From assembly GCA_965215015.1 (NCBI GenBank), contig OZ244042.1, positions 2,528,001 to 2,592,000 of the forward strand: 64,000 nucleotides of DNA. Direction: 5' to 3'. Source of the DNA: Candidatus Poribacteria bacterium (GTDB lineage Bacteria > Poribacteria > WGA-4E > PCPOR2b). The notes below the pieces were generated by a model, which was not told where the DNA came from, did not search any database, and worked only from the letters and a program-made list of their open reading frames with translations. A program made the translations under genes and the position numbers. Below are positions 59,053 to 64,000 of the stretch, piece after piece (position 1 is the first letter of the stretch; each line of letters begins with the position of its first letter).

Positions 59053-60627
59053 TTAACTTTGTTCGCGCGGAGTCATTGTGACCACTGGTATAATCAATTC
59101 TCCCGTTGAGATACCTCCGTGTTGGAAACCACCTCGAAACTGGCGGGTATATTCATTGAATTGATTGGGGTAAACGAAGTAATAATCTTCTTTTGCGATA
59201 ATGTAGTTTTTGCTTGAGGTTTCAGCAGGTAATCTATACTGTCTCGGATTGTCGATATAAATGGCTTGATTCGTATCACACCCTAAATTTGCGCCAACTT
59301 TGAAACGGAGGCTTGTAGAGGTTTCGCGGTTCCCATACGCCCTTGATGGTCGATTACAGAGGACCGAACCGTGATCTGACGTGAGAACGATAGCGGCGTT
59401 CTGATTCGAGATAATCTTTAAGATTTTGAACAGTGCCGAGTGAGCGAACCAAGATTTCGTTAGGGATTGAAAGGCAGATTCATCCGGCGCAATCTGTTGA
59501 AGAATATCGGACTGCGAACGCTGATGCGTCAACATATCAATGAAATTAACGACCAAAGCAGATAGGCTGATCCGATCAAATGAAGATACTTGGCGTATAA
59601 ATTCATTGCCACCTTTGATATCGAAGATTTTAAAATACTTTAATCCGGGTTTAAGCTTGATTCCTGCACGTTGGATTTGGAGTTGGAGGAGGTGTCTTTC
59701 GTAACGGTTTGTGCTGGTTTCGTCCGCAGCGTCCTCCTGCCAGTACTGTGGAAATCTTTCTGCAATCTCTTGTGGAAACAGACCACTAAAAATCGCATTG
59801 CGTGAGTAGAGTGTTGCGCTCGGTAAAATTGAAAAGTAGTAATCCCTATCAATATAGAAGTAGGGTTGGAGCAAGGATTCGATTGCTATCCAGTGATCCA
59901 GTCGTAGACAATCAACGACAATCAAATACACCTGGCGTTCTTGGCGCAGATGCGGGATAACAAATTTATCGACAACATCAACAGACAAGGGCGGTGAATC
60001 CTCACCTTGTAACCAGCCGAGATAGTTTTCCTGCACATAATCGGAAAATAGAGCATTACACTCTTTTTTCTGCTCTAAATGGGTTTCTTCAAGCCCTGTT
60101 TGGGCCAAGCAATCAAACTCAAAATCCCATTGGAGCAATTTCAGATAGATTTCTATCCATTGCCGCCAGTCTGGGCCTGCGTCCTTACTGGCGCGGATCT
60201 GATTAAAATCGTGGGTATAGTTGCGTGGCACCTGTGCTTCGATGATTTTGGTCTGATCCAGTACACGCTTCAAGGTTGAAGCAATCTGAGCAACGCCAAT
60301 GGGTTTCACCAAAAAGTCGCTAATCCGTTTGCCTAGTGCCTCATTGATTAACCGGTCCTCACTGCCTTGCGTGACCATAATTACTGGCAAGATAGGATTA
60401 ATTTCACGGATTCGATCAAGCGTTGTCATACCATCTTGCCCGGGCATAACCTGATCAAGCAAGACGGCATCATAATAAGATTCTTTGAGTAGCGAGATAG
60501 CATCGGTCCCATTGGAAACCGGTGTGATATCGTAAGATTTTTCGCGGAGCAGAAGAATGTGGGGTTTCAGTGCATCGATTTCATCATCAACCCATAGAAT
60601 TTTACGCGTTGTGGCTTGTGCTAACAC
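59053..60627 (-). CDS. PorX-like response regulator (REC + PglZ alkaline-phosphatase-like domain)
   Basis: ILWVDDE, LLDQVMPG; VDCLRLD, ILPSATLYSRNAIFSG, FIDMLTH, TSDHG, FQHGG. Confidence 0.9.
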   Translation of the reverse strand: MLAQATTRKILWVDDEIDALKPHILLLREKSYDITPVSNGTDAISLLKESYYDAVLLDQVMPGQDGMTTLDRIREINPILPVIMVTQGSEDRLINEALGKRISDFLVKPIGVAQIASTLKRVLDQTKIIEAQVPRNYTHDFNQIRASKDAGPDWRQWIEIYLKLLQWDFEFDCLAQTGLEETHLEQKKECNALFSDYVQENYLGWLQGEDSPPLSVDVVDKFVIPHLRQERQVYLIVVDCLRLDHWIAIESLLQPYFYIDRDYYFSILPSATLYSRNAIFSGLFPQEIAERFPQYWQEDAADETSTNRYERHLLQLQIQRAGIKLKPGLKYFKIFDIKGGNEFIRQVSSFDRISLSALVVNFIDMLTHQRSQSDILQQIAPDESAFQSLTKSWFAHSALFKILKIISNQNAAIVLTSDHGSVLCNRPSRAYGNRETSTSLRFKVGANLGCDTNQAIYIDNPRQYRLPAETSSKNYIIAKEDYYFVYPNQFNEYTRQFRGGFQHGGISTGELIIPVVTMTPREQS

Positions 60628-60705
60628 TTTGTCCCCTTTTCTTTTTCCCCTTAAATTTCACCCGGAATAAATTATAAGTAGATTTTTTCTCAGCATCTTT
60701 GATGC

Positions 60706-62208
60706 TTACCTACTTCCAACTGTTTTTAGGGGTAATACAATCTCAAAGGTTGTACCCTGTGAGCTTGTCTCAATGAGTCGAATCTGTCCATGATGATACG
60801 CTTCAATGATTCGTTTAACAAGCGTCAAACCAAGTCCCCATCCATGTTTCTTCGTTGTCATCCCCGGATGAAAGATTTTATTACGGTTTTTCCGGGAAAC
60901 TCCTTTTCCGTTATCTTTGTATACAATGACAATCTGATGCCCCCTCGGATGGAGCCGTGGGTCGATTTGGATGATACCATTTTCCTTATCTATTGCATCA
61001 AGTGAATTCCGGATCAGGTTTTCAAAAACCCACTGTAGTAAATCCGCATTCGCTACAATTTCGGGAAGTTCGCGGTTAACCACGCGCAATTCAACCTGTT
61101 TACTTAGATTGGGCAAACGCTTTTGAAAATAGGCGACAGCATCTCTGATAACTGAGTTAATGTTGACGCAGGTTTGCTGTGGGTACGAACCAATCTTGCC
61201 AAAACGTTCTGTAATACGCTGGAGTCGAGCGAGATCGCTCTGCATATTTGCATAAATTTCGGAAGTTGTATTGGCTCCCTTCTGCTTGTCCAATTCCATC
61301 AATAGCTCGACCCACCCCATCAACGAGGAGATCGGTGTCCCGAGTTGATGCGCGGTCTCTTTCGCAAGTCCACCCCAGATCGACGCCTGTTCAAAGGTTT
61401 TAATTCGGCGATAGCTCAAAAAGCTAACAATCAAGATGCTCGAGAACACAGCGACCAATACGATGGGCATAATGAAGATGCCATAGTCGGGGATTACCTC
61501 GTAGTACAGATAGCCCTGAAGGGGACCGGGGTTGGTTTGCAGTAGAGCGTACCGCCCCACGGCTTTGGAATTTTGAACGAACCTCTTGGCTCTTTCGTAT
61601 TGCTCTGGCGTGGCGGTCTTTGCTGTGAGCAATTCAGTCCAGATTTTCCACTGCTGCGGATTATGCTCTAAATCCGTCATGGCAAAGGGCAGTCGATCTA
61701 TTGCATTTGCGTCCGCCTCGCCATGATGGAAATACCCATCAATCAGGAAATCATGGAGCGGTTTTGGGGTTTCGTCCTGCTTCATCCGATTGAGAATTTT
61801 ATTGAGTTTTAATGTCTCAGCATCAGAGAGCAGCATGCTATCATTGATTTTGTTTTCAATCGTCTTATCGCTGAGGTTTTTAGCCTTTTGGGCTTGACCG
61901 TCGGCATCCGTGATGATGAATGATAGCCGGCTTTCATTGAACAACTTCTCCTTAGTAATCTGGCTCAACTGATCTTGAAGTTGTCCATCTTTGATACCTC
62001 CAAGTAAAGCTGCAAGGTCCGCCAACGGTTCGACTTGCTTCTCGAAAACTTTAGTGCGTTGGAGAAGCAGGTGGGTGTAATACACGAAGGCAAGCGAAAG
62101 GATCAGCAGCCCAACAATGAAACAGGTAAGCAAGAAATTGGAGGCAGCGTAGCCGGTAGGTACAGTCCTCTGACGTTTGAAAAACATCTGTGTGCCCCAA
62201 TCAAGCAC
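60706..62208 (-). CDS. Membrane sensor histidine kinase
   Basis: Two TM helices; KETAHQLGTP H-box; ENLIRNS, DNGKG, GWGLGL. Confidence 0.93.
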   Translation of the reverse strand: MLDWGTQMFFKRQRTVPTGYAASNFLLTCFIVGLLILSLAFVYYTHLLLQRTKVFEKQVEPLADLAALLGGIKDGQLQDQLSQITKEKLFNESRLSFIITDADGQAQKAKNLSDKTIENKINDSMLLSDAETLKLNKILNRMKQDETPKPLHDFLIDGYFHHGEADANAIDRLPFAMTDLEHNPQQWKIWTELLTAKTATPEQYERAKRFVQNSKAVGRYALLQTNPGPLQGYLYYEVIPDYGIFIMPIVLVAVFSSILIVSFLSYRRIKTFEQASIWGGLAKETAHQLGTPISSLMGWVELLMELDKQKGANTTSEIYANMQSDLARLQRITERFGKIGSYPQQTCVNINSVIRDAVAYFQKRLPNLSKQVELRVVNRELPEIVANADLLQWVFENLIRNSLDAIDKENGIIQIDPRLHPRGHQIVIVYKDNGKGVSRKNRNKIFHPGMTTKKHGWGLGLTLVKRIIEAYHHGQIRLIETSSQGTTFEIVLPLKTVGSR

Positions 62209-62244
62209 GGCAAAGACTTATGCACGCACGAAATATTTGATACT

Positions 62245-62334
62245 ATTGTATCAGAAAACATACTCTAAAGTCAAGTACTCGTTTGGGGCATTCCAAAAAC
62301 AAGCTTGACATAGCCTTGTGGATTCTTTTATAAT
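62245..62334. promoter_or_regulatory. Divergent sigma70 promoters
   Basis: Minus TTGACT-18-TACAAT (62274-62245); plus TTGACA-18-TATAAT (62305-62334). Confidence 0.6.
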
Positions 62335-62382
62335 CACCTCTAGTTTTTTTACTCACAACGTCAGTAAGCGGAAGGAATTTTG

Positions 62383-63330
62383 ATGAAATGTGTAGGCAAT
62401 AGACTTCACTTTATCGTCTTGATATTATCTGTATCCCTCTGGATCGGTTGCCAAGGCGGCGCATTCAACATAGGCGATGTTGGCACTAGCGAAAATCCAC
62501 TCGAAAAATCGGGCGAGTTGACCGAGAGTGAAGTCTGGGCGGGAAAGATTTTAATTGCCGGTGATGTTATTGTACCTGAAGGGAAAACGTTGACGATTCG
62601 ATCCGACTCTGTTGTTGGTTTTGATCCAATAACCGGCGTCCATCAGTTGATTGTGCGTGGGTCGCTGTATGCAGAAGGCAAGCCAGATCACCTGATTATA
62701 TTTGGTTCGCTCGGAACTGAGACAGCGATGCCTAAAACCGGCGATTGGGGCGGTATTCGATTTGAAGAGACAAGTCCCAACTCTCGTCTAAGTTACTGCC
62801 GTATTCTGCATGCTGACACAGCACTCTCCTCCCAATCCGATGGCGTGCAGATTGAAAGTTGCCTGTTAAACGATAACGAGCTGGCAATTCTTTGCGACGA
62901 TGGATCCCCAACGATAAGTGGTAACGAGATTAACAAAAATGGCATAGCGATTAAATGTCTCAAAAATGCGGCCCCAGAAATCGCCCGGAACTCAATCCAA
63001 GCGAATGAGTTTGGGATTGTCTGCGATGATGATTCCCGACCGACCATTCATTACAACGAAATATCCAGCAACTATCAAGACGCAATTAGGAGCTATGCTG
63101 CTGCTTCACCCGAGATTGTTTCCAACAACATCGTTTTGAATCGGGGATGGGCGGTATATGATGGCGGGCGATTGCGCGAAAATTATATCCGTGGGAACAA
63201 GGAGATCGGGCCCGAAGTCGTTGACCGTGGTACGGGGCGCGAGAGTGGGCAATTCTACGGTGTAGATGAAGTCTTTGATCCGCGTGCTGCCCCTGTGCCG
63301 GATGCTGGCGTCCAACGAGACGGATATTAA
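62383..63330 (+). CDS. Right-handed parallel beta-helix lipoprotein
   Basis: WIGC lipobox; GDWGGIRF; repeated SPTIxxNxIxxN..GI. Confidence 0.85.
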   Translation: MKCVGNRLHFIVLILSVSLWIGCQGGAFNIGDVGTSENPLEKSGELTESEVWAGKILIAGDVIVPEGKTLTIRSDSVVGFDPITGVHQLIVRGSLYAEGKPDHLIIFGSLGTETAMPKTGDWGGIRFEETSPNSRLSYCRILHADTALSSQSDGVQIESCLLNDNELAILCDDGSPTISGNEINKNGIAIKCLKNAAPEIARNSIQANEFGIVCDDDSRPTIHYNEISSNYQDAIRSYAAASPEIVSNNIVLNRGWAVYDGGRLRENYIRGNKEIGPEVVDRGTGRESGQFYGVDEVFDPRAAPVPDAGVQRDGY

Positions 63331-63405
63331 GGGCTTAATTGGAAAAAGTACACGTTTTTCACGCAAAAGGGACTCGTGTAAGGAAAAGGATACTAAGGAC
63401 GCGAT

Positions 63406-64000
63406 ATGGCGAAACCCACGCAAATCCCAACCGCGCAACACAACTGGGACGCTTGGATTGGCACAGATGAAGCAGGCAAAGGAGATTATTTCGGATCGCT
63501 GGCGGTAGCCGGCGTATATGTCAACTCCGAAATCTGTAAGGTTTTGCACACATTGGGGGTGCGCGATGGGAAACAACTGTCTGATTCACAGGTCAAGAAA
63601 CTTGCCCAAGAGATCCGGATACACTGTGGTAATTATATCTCTCTGTCTGACCTTGAACCATTTGAATATAATAAGCGGTACGATTCATTCAGGGAAAGCG
63701 GTCGAAACCTGAATCATCTCCTTGCGTCGCTTCACACCGAAGTAATTCTGAATCTCTTCAACGAGTATGTGGACTGCCGTCACGTCCTGGTGGACCGTTT
63801 CGCCAAGGAGGAGGTATTGGCAACACAATTAGGCCCTGCTATGAACCCCGACATCACGTTGGTACAGATTCCGAAGGCTGAGAGCGATATTGCTGTCGCC
63901 GCTGCATCAATTATTGCCCGTGATGTTTTTCTCCAGCAGCTAGAACAACTTTCTAAAGAGTACCAAATTCAACTGCCCAAAGGCGCGTCGCAAGTGATTG
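63406..64000 (+). CDS. rnhC: Ribonuclease HIII, 3'-partial
   Basis: Not in ORF track; IGTDEAGKGDYFG, GVRDGKQLSD, VDRF, KAESDIAVAAASIIAR, LPKGAS. Confidence 0.9.
   Translation, partial: MAKPTQIPTAQHNWDAWIGTDEAGKGDYFGSLAVAGVYVNSEICKVLHTLGVRDGKQLSDSQVKKLAQEIRIHCGNYISLSDLEPFEYNKRYDSFRESGRNLNHLLASLHTEVILNLFNEYVDCRHVLVDRFAKEEVLATQLGPAMNPDITLVQIPKAESDIAVAAASIIARDVFLQQLEQLSKEYQIQLPKGASQVI

Noticed and set aside
1-64000. CRISPR array, rRNA or tRNA genes
   Set aside because: No regularly spaced repeat-spacer run and no recognisable rRNA/tRNA sequence seen by eye; not confirmed with a scanner

Overview
Bacterial chromosomal window with about 50 CDS and no rRNA, tRNA or CRISPR array that I could recognise. 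Gene content (many Gfo/Idh/MocA and PhyH enzymes, NHL/HEAT/PD40/YCF48 repeat proteins, a C-terminal V-x-x-x-G-x-x-x-T-x-W-G-x-L-[KR] tail) suggests a diderm such as Candidatus Poribacteria; this is inference from recall, not a database result. Housekeeping genes: thrB, obgE, proB, argF, thrC, rplU-rpmA, rng, rnhC. Most notable: (1) a DUF3179 lipoprotein split in the ORF track by an in-frame TGA that reads as selenocysteine (W-U-P-L-C) and is followed by a SECIS-like hairpin; (2) a putative defence block between a sulfite reductase-TusA fusion and moeB, made of a HEPN-like protein ending in an antitoxin-like tail coupled to a PIN toxin, then a 1.56-kb tandem duplication of an HsdR_N nuclease whose copies differ mainly in the C-terminal domain; (3) a full-length P-type ATPase homologue that has lost its catalytic motifs; (4) ~114-bp TIR-bounded mini-elements carrying GTAG-REP hairpins; (5) a promoter-preceded orphan structured RNA candidate; (6) a PorX-like REC-PglZ regulator next to a histidine kinase. 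Also an IS4-family element, an IS200/IS605 right-end remnant and several pseudogenes. All family assignments rest on motifs recognised by eye.
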